This document shows, in pieces, positions 1-8,834 of a stretch of 62,021 nucleotides of DNA (positions are counted from its first letter, which is position 1; each line of letters starts with the position of its first letter). A model generated the notes under the pieces. It did not search any database, was not told the origin of the DNA, and saw only the letters and a program-made list of their open reading frames with translations. The position numbers were made by a program, and so were the translations under genes. Source of the DNA: Actinomycetota bacterium (GTDB lineage Bacteria > Actinomycetota > Thermoleophilia > Gaiellales > Gaiellaceae); NCBI GenBank assembly GCA_005888365.1, contig VAWZ01000003.1, positions 1 through 62,021 of the forward strand, in the 5' to 3' direction.

Positions 1-1580
1 ACTCGGACCTCGTGTCCGTCGTGGAGCTCACGGACGAGGGAACGTCCGGAGCGTCCGGCTCCGACGAGGAGGACACGGCGCCGCGGGCTCCGAAGCGCAC
101 GCGCCTCGGGAATCAGCCGCAGCGTCAGCCGCGAGCCTCCGACCAGGAGGGTGCAGAGGATGGCGTCCACGGTGAGCACTTCGACCGCCGGGAACGGGCC
201 GATCGGCCGGAGAGCGACCAGGATCGCGTACGCGACGACGGCCGAGGCGCCGCAAGCGACTGCGATCGGGACGACATCCCGCGCGGTCGCGAAGCGCCAG
301 ACTCTCCGGTAGACCCCGAGCGCCACGAAGAAGACGTAGCGGGCGCCCAGCAGAATCGGGAGCAGCGAAAGGAAGACCGAGCGCTCGTACGGCGTTCCGA
401 AGGTGCCCACCACGAGGACGTAGGCGGCGAGGAACGAGCCGCAGATGAGCACGAAGTCGGCGACGACCTCGACCAGGCGACGGGGCTCGAAGACGACAGC
501 GCGCCAGAGAGACGGTGGCGGCCCTTCTCGGCCCGAACGGGAGCGTTCTTCGAGGTCGCTGAGGAAGCTCCCGAACTGAACGAGCAGAACGAAGGTCAAG
601 AGCACACCGACCGCGGTGAGCCGTGCGTTGTCGAGGACGTTGTAGGCGAGAGCGGTGGCGCCGACGGCGGCGGCGACGAGGGCGAGCAAGAGGACAGCCT
701 TCGCCTCTGAGAGTCCGTAGTAGACGAGCCGATGTGAGCTGTGGTCCCGCCCGCCTCTCGTGACCGGGCGCCGTTGCGCGAGCCTCATCGTCGTGACGAG
801 CGTCGTGTCCAGGATCGGAACCGCCAGGATCAGCAGGGGGAGGAGTACGGTGGCGAAGGTCGTCCCGGCGACCGTCCAGCTCGACGCGAGCGCGAGCGAG
901 GCGAGCCCGAAGCCGAGCACCTGGCTTCCGGAGTCGCCCATGAAGACGTGTGCTCCGCGCCCGGGGCGGAGGTTGAACGGGAGAAACCCGGCGGCCGCAA
1001 CGCCGAGTGCCAGCGCGAGGACCCGCACCGTGTCGTTCGGGTGCTCCGTCATCGCGTCGATCGCGAAGTAGCCGCACGCGATCGCCGCGAGCGTCGCCGC
1101 CAGCCCGTCCATGTTGTCGAGGAGGTTGAACGCGTTCGTGATCCCGACGAGCCAGAGGATCCCGATCCCCCACGCGAGCACCTCGTTGCCGACGATCTCG
1201 ACCTCGAGGCCGCTCGCGAGGACGACGACGGCCGCTCCGATCTGCAGCGCGAGCTTCGCCAGCGGGTTCAAGTGCCAGAGGTCGTCGACGAGACCCGCGG
1301 CGAAGAGGAGCGCGACGCCTCCGAGGATGCCGCCGAGCTCGCTGCTCCACTCGATCGCGCCCGTGGCAAGCGCCGCCGCGATCCCGGCTGCAAATCCCGC
1401 GAAGATCCCGATCCCTCCGAAGGTTGGCGTCTCCCGCTCGTGCCAGCGCTTCTCGTTCGGCACCGCGACCAGCCGGCTGCCCGCCGGCGTCCGCAGGAGC
1501 AACCAGAGAACCGCCACGGTGACGGGCAACGCGGCAACCACGACGACCGCTTCCACGACCCGAAAAGGGTAGTCGAGCAT
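1..1580 (-). CDS. Glycosyltransferase family 4 (WecA/MraY-like polyprenyl-phosphate sugar-1-P transferase) fused to a CapD/WbpM-like membrane + NAD-binding region; partial, runs off the window
   Basis: Absent from the ORF track because it has no stop inside the window. Manual minus-strand translation from the ATG at 1580 gives MLDYPFRVVEAVVVVAAL..., then NAFNLLDNMDGLAA and VFMGDSGSQ (GT4/MraY motifs). Further TM helices follow, then RRVLLVGAGRSG (Rossmann start). GC3 is high throughout. Confidence 0.8.
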   Translation of the reverse strand, partial: MLDYPFRVVEAVVVVAALPVTVAVLWLLLRTPAGSRLVAVPNEKRWHERETPTFGGIGIFAGFAAGIAAALATGAIEWSSELGGILGGVALLFAAGLVDDLWHLNPLAKLALQIGAAVVVLASGLEVEIVGNEVLAWGIGILWLVGITNAFNLLDNMDGLAATLAAIACGYFAIDAMTEHPNDTVRVLALALGVAAAGFLPFNLRPGRGAHVFMGDSGSQVLGFGLASLALASSWTVAGTTFATVLLPLLILAVPILDTTLVTTMRLAQRRPVTRGGRDHSSHRLVYYGLSEAKAVLLLALVAAAVGATALAYNVLDNARLTAVGVLLTFVLLVQFGSFLSDLEERSRSGREGPPPSLWRAVVFEPRRLVEVVADFVLICGSFLAAYVLVVGTFGTPYERSVFLSLLPILLGARYVFFVALGVYRRVWRFATARDVVPIAVACGASAVVAYAILVALRPIGPFPAVEVLTVDAILCTLLVGGSRLTLRLIPEARALRSPRRRVLLVGAGRSGRSLVRELHDGHEVR

Positions 1581-1664
1581 CCAGCCGCCGTCCGGGTGCA
1601 GCCCCGCTTTCGCAGCTGCCTCGGACGATCTCGCTGGGGTGCGACCTACACTTGCTGCACCCGA

Positions 1665-2465
1665 GTGACGGTCTACACCGATCTCTTCCACTACCGCGAG
1701 CTCTTCGGGAGCCTCTTCCGGCGCGACCTGCGTGCGAAGTACAAGGGGTCGTTCCTCGGGCTCGCGTGGACGCTCGCCAACCCGCTGATCCTGATGGCGG
1801 TGTACGTCGCCGTCTTCTCGTTGCTCTGGAAGGCGAGCGTCGCGAACGTCGACCGCTACTGGCTCTTCCTGCTCTGCGGCTTGCCGGCCTGGGTGTTCTT
1901 CGCGACCTCGCTCCAGTCATCGTCACGAAGCCTGGTCGAGAACGCGAATCTCATCCGGAAGGTGCGTTTCCCGCGCCAGCTCGTTCCGCTCGCCGTCGTG
2001 GGAACACAGCTCGTCGCCTTCGTCGTGATGCTCGGCGTGGTCATGGTTCTCGCCCTGGTGTTCCTGCCGGGCTCGAGGGGGACCGTGTGGCTTGCGCTGC
2101 CGCTTGGAGGGCTGTTCGTCCTGCTCGTGAGCGGGGTGTCGCTGGCGCTCGCGTCCCTGAACGCGCTCTACCGCGACGTCGAGCATCTCATCGCCGCGCT
2201 GCTCCTGCCCTGGTTCTTTCTCACGCCGGTGCTCTACGGGCTCGACCAGCTCCCGGGCGCGGACTCGCATCCCGAGCTCGAGTTCGCCGTCCACTGGCTG
2301 AACTTCCTGACCCCTCCGATCGAAGCGCTCCGCGCGCCGCTCTTCTTCGGAACCGCTCCGCCCGCTGCCGACACCATCTACACGGCCGTCGCGGCGGTCG
2401 TCGCTCTTGCCCTGGGCGCGTTCGTCTTCAGCCGGTCCGACGACCGGATCGCCGTCGAAGTCTGA
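1665..2465 (+). CDS. ABC-2 type polysaccharide/teichoic-acid exporter permease (Wzm/TagG-like)
   Basis: C-terminal 266 aa of ORF 741..2465 starting at GTG 1665: VTVYTDLFHYRELFGSLFRRDLRAKYKGSFLGLAWTLANPL..., with about 6 TM segments. The upstream part of the ORF is Arg/Asp-rich shadow sequence. Confidence 0.85.
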   Translation: MTVYTDLFHYRELFGSLFRRDLRAKYKGSFLGLAWTLANPLILMAVYVAVFSLLWKASVANVDRYWLFLLCGLPAWVFFATSLQSSSRSLVENANLIRKVRFPRQLVPLAVVGTQLVAFVVMLGVVMVLALVFLPGSRGTVWLALPLGGLFVLLVSGVSLALASLNALYRDVEHLIAALLLPWFFLTPVLYGLDQLPGADSHPELEFAVHWLNFLTPPIEALRAPLFFGTAPPAADTIYTAVAAVVALALGAFVFSRSDDRIAVEV

Positions 2466-3264
2466 CGACGGCGCGACCCTCGAAGAGCGACTCCGAGCCG
2501 GAATAGGCAGGCAAGCCTTCGTAGGTCTCCGGCTCGAGGCCGTCGAGGAGCGAGGGGAAGAGGAGCGGGCCCGGGAAGCGTGGGTTGCGCCCACCTCCGG
2601 GCGCCCACGCGGCGAGTCGCCGCCGTTCCGCGTGTGAAGCGAGCCCCCCCGTCGGCTCGACCGCACCGCCGACTGCCGGCCATCCTTCTGCGTGTGCGTT
2701 CAGGAGCAGGCGCGACCAGTCTGGAGCCGGAGCCGCGCCGGCGACCAGATGCGCCACCGCCACCGCGTCCTCTTCGACGAGTGACTCCTCCTGGGCGGCG
2801 AGCGCCGCCCGGGTCTCGGGGTCGTCGCCTCCCTGAATGAGAACCTTCAGCCGCCGCTCGTCGATTCGGGGTCGGACCTCGACCGGGAGATCGAGCGCCG
2901 TCGACCCGAGTTCCTGAAACCAGAACTTGTGCTCCTCGACCAGGTCGAACGCGAGCCGATAGCCGCCTGGAGGTCGGGGGGCGAGCACGTCCGCGTCGAG
3001 CTCGACCGTCTCGCCTGGGTGGACGACGTCGTCGAGCGGCGTGCGAACGCCGTCCCAGAGGATCGGGTTCCCGAGCGGGTCGAGCCAGTGGTAGGAGAGA
3101 TGGACACCCTCCCGCTCGCCGGAGCGCCACGGCGCGGTTCCGGCGTTCTCGAGCCGGAGCCGTGCGCGCGCCGAGACACCGGCGCGCACCTCGTCGAGCT
3201 CGTAGGCGAGCCAGCGGACTGCGAGCGGTCCTGCAGGCACGAAATGCTCCCCGACGCGGTCCAT
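2428..3264 (-). CDS. Hypothetical protein (beta-rich; family not recognised)
   Basis: Coding-like part of ORF 2428..3900, from the ATG at 3264 (MDRVGEHFVPAGPLAVRWLAYELDEVRAG...HLSYHWLDPLGNPILWDGVRTPL...). GC3 is high. It lies antisense between the permease and ATPase genes and overlaps the permease 3' end by 38 nt. Confidence 0.6.
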   Translation of the reverse strand: MDRVGEHFVPAGPLAVRWLAYELDEVRAGVSARARLRLENAGTAPWRSGEREGVHLSYHWLDPLGNPILWDGVRTPLDDVVHPGETVELDADVLAPRPPGGYRLAFDLVEEHKFWFQELGSTALDLPVEVRPRIDERRLKVLIQGGDDPETRAALAAQEESLVEEDAVAVAHLVAGAAPAPDWSRLLLNAHAEGWPAVGGAVEPTGGLASHAERRRLAAWAPGGGRNPRFPGPLLFPSLLDGLEPETYEGLPAYSGSESLFEGRAVVRLRRRSGRRTG

Positions 3265-3285
3265 TTCCAGGGCTAGTCTAGGAAT

Positions 3286-4494
3286 GTGCCGGACGGCGAG
3301 ATCAGCGTCGAGAACGCGTCCCGCCGCTTTCGCGTCCGGGCACAGGAGGCGCGTACGCTGAAGGACCTGTTCGTCCTGCGCGGGCGCAGCGAGCCGATCG
3401 ACATCTGGGCGCTCCGCGACGTGTCCGTCACGGTCAGACGGGGTGATGCAGTGGGGTTGATCGGCCGCAACGGGTCGGGCAAGACGACCCTCCTCCGGCT
3501 TGTCGCGGGGATCATCAAGCCGACGAGCGGTCGCGTCCGGACGGGAGGGCGGATCGGGTCCCTGCTCGAGCTCGGTGCCGGTTTCCATCCGGACTTCACC
3601 GGCCGCGAGAACGTCTTCCTGAACGGCGCAATCCAGGGCCTGCGGCGCGCGGAGATACGCGAGCGGTTCGACGAGATCGTCGCCTTCGCCGAGCTCGAGC
3701 ACGCGATCGACCGGCAGGTGAGGACGTACTCGTCTGGAATGACCATGCGCCTGGGTTTTGCGATCGCCGCGTTTCTCGAGGCGGACATCCTTCTTCTCGA
3801 CGAGGTCTTCGCCGTCGGAGACGAGGCCTTCCAGCGAAAGTGCTTCGGCCGGATCTTTCAGTTCAAGCAGGCGGGCGGGACGATCGTGTTCGTCTCGCAC
3901 GACGCCGCGGCGGTCGAACGCCTATGCGAGCGTTCGGTGCTGCTCGAATCCGGCCGGGTCTCCTTCGACGGCCCGACGCGCGAGGCGGTCTCACGCTACC
4001 GGCGTGCTCTCGCGGACGAGATCGATCCCGCCGAGAGAGGTGCCGGGCTCCGCGAGTGGGGCTCGGGAGAGGCGACGATCGTCGCAGCCTCGCTCCTCGG
4101 CGGCGAGGGCGAGGAGCGGCTGCAGTTCCTCTCCGGCGAGGCGTTCGTGCTCCGCGTGCGGGCCGCCGCAGCCCGCGGGGTCGCTCCTCCGCGACTCCAG
4201 CTCGAGCTCCGCGACGACGCCGCGACGCTCGTCGCGGGCGAGTCGGTCGAGCTCGGGACGCTCGGATGGACGGACGGACCGCACGAGCAGACGGTCCGGT
4301 TCGAGATCGGCTCGCTCCCGCTCGCCGAGGGCCGTTTTCACCTTCGTCTCGGCTTAACGGACGAGAGCGGCGAACGCCTCTATCACTGGTTGGATGACGC
4401 GCTCGTCTTCATCGTCTATCCCGGGGATGACGAACGTGGTGTCGTGCGCTTTGAAGGGAGCTGGATGATCGAGGCGAAGACACCTACCCCGTGA
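3286..4494 (+). CDS. ABC exporter ATP-binding protein with a C-terminal Wzt_C-like substrate-binding domain (Wzt/TagH-like)
   Basis: Walker A GRNGSGKTT, signature YSSGMTMRLGFA, Walker B ILLLDEVFAVGD. An extra domain of about 150 aa follows the NBD. Confidence 0.9.
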   Translation: MPDGEISVENASRRFRVRAQEARTLKDLFVLRGRSEPIDIWALRDVSVTVRRGDAVGLIGRNGSGKTTLLRLVAGIIKPTSGRVRTGGRIGSLLELGAGFHPDFTGRENVFLNGAIQGLRRAEIRERFDEIVAFAELEHAIDRQVRTYSSGMTMRLGFAIAAFLEADILLLDEVFAVGDEAFQRKCFGRIFQFKQAGGTIVFVSHDAAAVERLCERSVLLESGRVSFDGPTREAVSRYRRALADEIDPAERGAGLREWGSGEATIVAASLLGGEGEERLQFLSGEAFVLRVRAAAARGVAPPRLQLELRDDAATLVAGESVELGTLGWTDGPHEQTVRFEIGSLPLAEGRFHLRLGLTDESGERLYHWLDDALVFIVYPGDDERGVVRFEGSWMIEAKTPTP

Positions 4495-4519
4495 GCGCGC
4501 GTTCGCCTTCGACTCGCGT

Positions 4520-4546
4520 CACGGGGGAAACCATGTTTCCCCCGTG
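4520..4546 (+). terminator. Hairpin after the ABC ATPase gene
   Basis: Perfect 11-bp inverted repeat CACGGGGGAAA-ccatg-TTTCCCCCGTG, starting 26 nt after the stop. Confidence 0.5.
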
Positions 4547-4627
4547 CATCCCCCTTCTTCTCGAGAACGCGCGGAACCTCCCGGTTCCCCGCGCCCTTCC
4601 CCGCGCTCACGGGCCAGAAAGCCGCCC

Positions 4628-4927
4628 GTGAGCGCTCGCACCTGCCCCGACTGGCCCGCGCTGATGGAGCTCGACCCGGACCTCCAGTTCAAGCACTACT
4701 CCGTCGCCGAGGCGCAGCTGCCTGCCGACGCCCTCGCGCGGTTCAAGCACGTCTCCCTCACCGAGGTCGAGATCTGTTGCGACCTCGACCACCACGTCTT
4801 CAACCCGGCGCACACCGACCCAAAGGTGGGCGATGCGCTCCGGGGGACACACTGGTTCGACGTCCACGAGTGGGCGACCTCGGGCCCGGGCGCCGGTGCC
4901 GCCGACGCCTCCACCAGCGCCGCCTGA
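4628..4927 (+). CDS. Hypothetical protein
   Basis: Coding-like part of ORF 4544..4927 from GTG 4628 (VSARTCPDWPALMELDPDLQFKHYSVAEAQLP...). Same strand as cofC and immediately upstream of it. Confidence 0.5.
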   Translation: MSARTCPDWPALMELDPDLQFKHYSVAEAQLPADALARFKHVSLTEVEICCDLDHHVFNPAHTDPKVGDALRGTHWFDVHEWATSGPGAGAADASTSAA

Positions 4928-4948
4928 CGAGCATCTAGCCTTCGGCTG

Positions 4949-5491
4949 GTGCCGACCATCGTCGTGCCGTACCGCGGTGACGCGAAGAGGCGTCTGCCGG
5001 CGGCGATTCGCGCCGCTGCGGCGCTCGCGATGCTCGGAGACATGGTCGCCGCCGCGCTCGAGGTCGGACCGGTGGCAGTCGTCACCGACGACGCGTACGT
5101 CGCCCCTCGCGGCGTCCGAATCATCCGTGATCCGGGTGCGGGTCTCGGCGCCGCGGTGGGCGCCGGACTCGACGGCGTGGACGATCACGCTCTCGTCGTG
5201 AACGCAGACTTGCCTTGCGCCACGCCCGCCGCGATCCGGCGGCTCGCGGATTTCGGTCTCGCGCTCGTCGAGGCTGCGGACGGCACCACCAATGCGCTTT
5301 CGCTTCCGGAGCCAGCACTGTTCGCCCCTCTCTACGGACCCGGGAGCGCGGCGCGGTTCCGCGCGCACGCTCCCTTCGTCACCGCGCGGATTCCGGAGCT
5401 GGAGGCTGACGTCGACACTGAGTCCGATCTCCAGCGCCTCGCTCTCCCCCTCGGTCCGAGAACCCGCGGCCTCCTCTCCGTTCCTGCGTGA
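4949..5491 (+). CDS. cofC: 2-phospho-L-lactate / phosphoenolpyruvate guanylyltransferase (CofC/FbiD)
   Basis: MPTIVVPYRGDAKRRL..., DGTTNAL and the EADVDTESDL motif. The stop overlaps the cofD start (GTGA). Confidence 0.8.
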   Translation: MPTIVVPYRGDAKRRLPAAIRAAAALAMLGDMVAAALEVGPVAVVTDDAYVAPRGVRIIRDPGAGLGAAVGAGLDGVDDHALVVNADLPCATPAAIRRLADFGLALVEAADGTTNALSLPEPALFAPLYGPGSAARFRAHAPFVTARIPELEADVDTESDLQRLALPLGPRTRGLLSVPA

Positions 5492-6402
5492 GGATCGTGG
5501 TGCTGTCGGGCGGCGTCGGAGGCGCTCGCTTCGCGCGCGGGCTCAAAGCCGCCCTGGGCCCCGACGAGCTCACGATCATCGGCAACGTCGGAGACGACCT
5601 CGAGGTTCTCGGGCTCGCTGTCTCACCGGACCTCGACAGCATCCTCTATACGCTCGCCGGGCTGAGTGACGACGAGCGCGGCTGGGGGAGGGCGGGCGAG
5701 ACATGGAACGCGCTCGCTGCCGCGGCCGAGTGGGGCGGTGAGGACTGGTTCAGGATCGGTGACCTCGACCTCGGCCTCCATCTCGTCCGCACCCGGGCTC
5801 TGCGCGAGGGAGCGAGCCTTTCGGAGGTGACGGCTCGCCTCGTCGCCGAAGCGGGTTTACGGGTCGAATTGCTTCCAGCGAGCGACGACCCGCTGCGAAC
5901 GCACGTCGTCACTCCAGCCGGGACGTTTTCCTTTCAAGAGTGGTTCGTCGCGCGCGGTCACGTCGACGAGGTCGACGCGGTGGTCTTCGACGGCGCCCAC
6001 TCCGCGCGACCTGCACCGCGCGTGCGCGACGCGCTCGCGGAGGCGGACGCGATCCTCATCGCTCCCAGCAACCCGTTCGTCTCGATCGGGCCGATCCTCG
6101 CCGTTCCAGGTCTCCGCGAGAGCATCGAGCAGCGCCGCGTGCGCTGTGTGGGAGTGAGCCCGTTGATCGGCGGCCGGGCGGTGAAAGGCCCGGCCGATCG
6201 TATGCTCTCGCGCATGGGAGGCGGGACGACGCCGGCACACGTCGCGGCCTGTTACGAGGGACTCGTCGACAAGCTCGTCATCGACGAAGCAGACGCACCG
6301 GCGGAGGCGCCGGTCGAGCTCGTGGTCGCGCAGACCCTGATGACCGACGGCGCGGCCGCCCAGAGGCTCGCCGAGGTGGTCCTGGAGAATGCGTGCGTGT
6401 AG
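5488..6402 (+). CDS. cofD: 2-phospho-L-lactate transferase (CofD/FbiA)
   Basis: MRIVVLSGGVGGARFARGL...IIGNVGDD...SNPFVSIGPIL, typical of CofD. Confidence 0.9.
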   Translation: MRIVVLSGGVGGARFARGLKAALGPDELTIIGNVGDDLEVLGLAVSPDLDSILYTLAGLSDDERGWGRAGETWNALAAAAEWGGEDWFRIGDLDLGLHLVRTRALREGASLSEVTARLVAEAGLRVELLPASDDPLRTHVVTPAGTFSFQEWFVARGHVDEVDAVVFDGAHSARPAPRVRDALAEADAILIAPSNPFVSIGPILAVPGLRESIEQRRVRCVGVSPLIGGRAVKGPADRMLSRMGGGTTPAHVAACYEGLVDKLVIDEADAPAEAPVELVVAQTLMTDGAAAQRLAEVVLENACV

Positions 6403-7013
6403 CGATCGTGGGCGGTACCGGTCCGTTCGGCCGGGCGCTCGCCACGCGACTCGAGGAGGCCGGCTACGACGTCGTGCTCGGGTCTCGCGATCGGGACCGC
6501 GCCTCGAAGGCGGCAGCCGAGCTCGGCGTGGAAGGGGCAACCAATGCGGAGGCCGTGGGTTCCGCGGATCTCGTCGTTCTGGCGACGAAGGCAGAAGCCG
6601 CTCTCGTCACGGCACGAGAGCTCAGGATGGCGATCGGCTCGACGCCTGTGCTCTCGGTCGCTTCCGAGCTCGACTTCACCACACGGGGAGTCTTGCCGAG
6701 GTCGGAGCCCCTGTCACTTGCCGAGCAGCTCCAGACCGAGCTCGCCGGCCCAGTTGTCGCCGGCCTGCACTCCCTGGCGGCGCCGAAGCTCGGCGGCGAG
6801 CACCAACCCGACGAAGATGCCCTCGTGTGCGGGGACGACAGCACGGCGAAGGAGCTGGCGCTCGGGCTCGCGGAGCGGATCACGTCCGGGCGTGCATTCG
6901 ACGCAGGGCCGCTCGAGAGCGCGCGAGCTCTCGAGGGTCTCACCGCGGTCATCGTCAACCTCAACAAGCGCTATCGCGGCAATGCTGGAGTGAGGATCAC
7001 AGGGCTCCCGTGA
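6393..7013 (+). CDS. npdG: NADPH-dependent F420 reductase (NpdG/Fno family)
   Basis: C-terminal part of ORF 5940..7013 from GTG 6393: VRVAIVGGTGPFGRALATRLEEAGYDVVLGSRD... (Rossmann fold), ending ...VNLNKRYRGNAGVRITGLP. Confidence 0.8.
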   Translation: MRVAIVGGTGPFGRALATRLEEAGYDVVLGSRDRDRASKAAAELGVEGATNAEAVGSADLVVLATKAEAALVTARELRMAIGSTPVLSVASELDFTTRGVLPRSEPLSLAEQLQTELAGPVVAGLHSLAAPKLGGEHQPDEDALVCGDDSTAKELALGLAERITSGRAFDAGPLESARALEGLTAVIVNLNKRYRGNAGVRITGLP

Positions 7014-7753
7014 CCGCGGAGATGCGGGTGATTCCGCTCGGTGGCATTCCCGAACTCGCCGAGGGAGACGACCTCGCGAGGCGGCTCGTCGATTCCGCAA
7101 GTCAGATCGGCGGGTTCCAGACCAGAGATGTCGTCGTCGTTGCGCAGAAGGCCGTCTCGAAGGTCGAGGGAAACGTGGTGCTGCTTGCCGACGTCGAGCC
7201 TTCGAATGAGGCCCGCGAGCTCGCGGGAGACGGCGATCCACGCCGCATGGAGGTGATCCTGCGCGAGAGCCGCACGATCGTTCGCTCTCGGCCTCCTCTC
7301 GTCATCGCCGAGACCCAGCATGGTTTCGTCTGCGCGTCCGCGGGTGTCGACTCGTCGAACGCGGGGCAGCCCGACACCGTTGTGCTCCTTCCGCGCGATC
7401 CGGACGCCTCCGCTCGCTGCCTCCGCGCGGCGATTTCAGATCGATCAGGTATCGATGTCGCGGTGATCGTCAGCGACTCGTTCGGCCGCCCCTGGCGCCA
7501 GGGCACGACCGACGTCGCGCTGGGCGTGTCGGGTCTTGCTCCCGTCCTCGACCTCGCAGGCGAACGCGACTCGGTCGGATACGAGCTCCACGCGACGCAG
7601 ATCGCGGTCGCCGACGAGCTCGCAGGCGCGGCCGAGCTCGTCATGGGCAAGACCGACGGCATTCCGGCCGCGATCGTCCGCGGAGTGCGCATCTCGGGCG
7701 ACGGGAGTGGTGCCGATCTGTTGATGCCCCGCGATCGCGATCTCTTCCGTTGA
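7010..7753 (+). CDS. cofE: Coenzyme F420-0:L-glutamate ligase (CofE), stand-alone, without an FbiB C-terminal domain
   Basis: C-terminal part of ORF 6389..7753: VTAEMRVIPLGGIPELAEGDDLA...VVVAQKAVSKVEG...GFVCASAGVDSSN...SDSFGRPWRQG. GTG 7010 forms a GTGA overlap with the npdG stop. ATG 7022 is an alternative start. Confidence 0.85.
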   Translation: MTAEMRVIPLGGIPELAEGDDLARRLVDSASQIGGFQTRDVVVVAQKAVSKVEGNVVLLADVEPSNEARELAGDGDPRRMEVILRESRTIVRSRPPLVIAETQHGFVCASAGVDSSNAGQPDTVVLLPRDPDASARCLRAAISDRSGIDVAVIVSDSFGRPWRQGTTDVALGVSGLAPVLDLAGERDSVGYELHATQIAVADELAGAAELVMGKTDGIPAAIVRGVRISGDGSGADLLMPRDRDLFR

Positions 7754-7778
7754 TCCCTCCTCGGACTACACTCGCACC

Positions 7779-8834
7779 GTGCGCAAGTACGCGATCTGGG
7801 GCACAGCGACCTCGCCGGCCCACGAGGCCTGGGTGCAGGGGATCGGGAAGCAGTTCGAGCAGGATGGCTTCCAGCCGGTCACCGACGTCGCGGAGGCGGA
7901 TTTCGTCCTCAACATGTTCGATCCGGCCGATCCGAAAGCGTTTCGCCGTTCCTCGCGCGGCACGTATTCGGCCGCGTTCTACGAGCTTCCGGAGACGCCC
8001 GCCGACGTGCTCAAGGCGAGCTACCCGATGCTCGTGAGGACACTCTCGAACGTCGTGCTTCTCCGCATCCCCGGCGCAGGAGTCTGGTTCACCACGATGG
8101 AGCGAGGCACGTACCACGTTCCCGACGACCCGGCGGAGATCTACGAGCGACTCGAGCCTCTCGCGACGTCGCGGCTCGTGATCGACAACGAGTGGGTGCC
8201 GGATCTCGAGCCTGAGCTCTGGGACGGCGACGAGATCACCGAGGACATCGCGGCCGCCGGACGCCGGCTCGACGAGCTCGATCTCCTTCCGTCGCCGTTT
8301 CCGGTCGAGGAGTACCTCTCGGGACGCGACCTCCGGCATGTCATGCGTCTCTACAGCGTGGGCGGCCTTTCATACGGGAATCTCTCCGCCCGCAAGGACG
8401 AGACGCGCTTCTGGATGAGCGCGAGCGGCGTCGACAAGTCTCAGCTCGAGACCGTCGGCCGTGATCTCCTCATGGTCAAGAACTTCGACGACGAGCGCGG
8501 AGTCATCGTCCTCAGCGTTCCACCGGGTATCGAGCCGCGACGCGTCTCGGTCGATGCGATCGAGCATTGGATGATCTACCGGGCCCATCCCGACGTCGGC
8601 GCGATCCTGCACATGCACGCCTGGATGGAGGGCATCGCCGCGACCGACGTGAACTACCCGTGCGGGACGCAAGAGCTGGCCGTGGCGGTCTCCGATCTCG
8701 TCGCGCTCGAGCCCGATCCGGCTCAAGCCGTCATCGGGCTCCGAAACCACGGGATCACGTGCACTGGCGAAAGCTTGACCGAGATCCTCGATCGCGTCGC
8801 GCCGAAAGTTCTTCGGCAAGTCCCGATGACCTAA
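7779..8834 (+). CDS. Class II aldolase/adducin-domain protein with an N-terminal domain of about 190 aa of unknown function
   Basis: The C-terminal half (...GNLSARKDETRFWMSASGVDKSQL...SVDAIEHWMIYRAHPDVGAILHMHAW...LRNHGITCTGESL) matches class II aldolase motifs. I did not recognise the N-terminal half. Confidence 0.7.
   Translation: MRKYAIWGTATSPAHEAWVQGIGKQFEQDGFQPVTDVAEADFVLNMFDPADPKAFRRSSRGTYSAAFYELPETPADVLKASYPMLVRTLSNVVLLRIPGAGVWFTTMERGTYHVPDDPAEIYERLEPLATSRLVIDNEWVPDLEPELWDGDEITEDIAAAGRRLDELDLLPSPFPVEEYLSGRDLRHVMRLYSVGGLSYGNLSARKDETRFWMSASGVDKSQLETVGRDLLMVKNFDDERGVIVLSVPPGIEPRRVSVDAIEHWMIYRAHPDVGAILHMHAWMEGIAATDVNYPCGTQELAVAVSDLVALEPDPAQAVIGLRNHGITCTGESLTEILDRVAPKVLRQVPMT

Noticed and set aside
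28-1926. A 632-aa minus-strand ORF, and overlapping plus-strand ORFs 12..710 and 741..1664.
   Set aside because: Their composition is extremely Arg/Pro/Gly/Asp-rich and they have low GC3, which is typical of shadow frames in high-GC DNA. The real gene is in another minus-strand frame (the GT4-CapD fusion) and explains the whole region.
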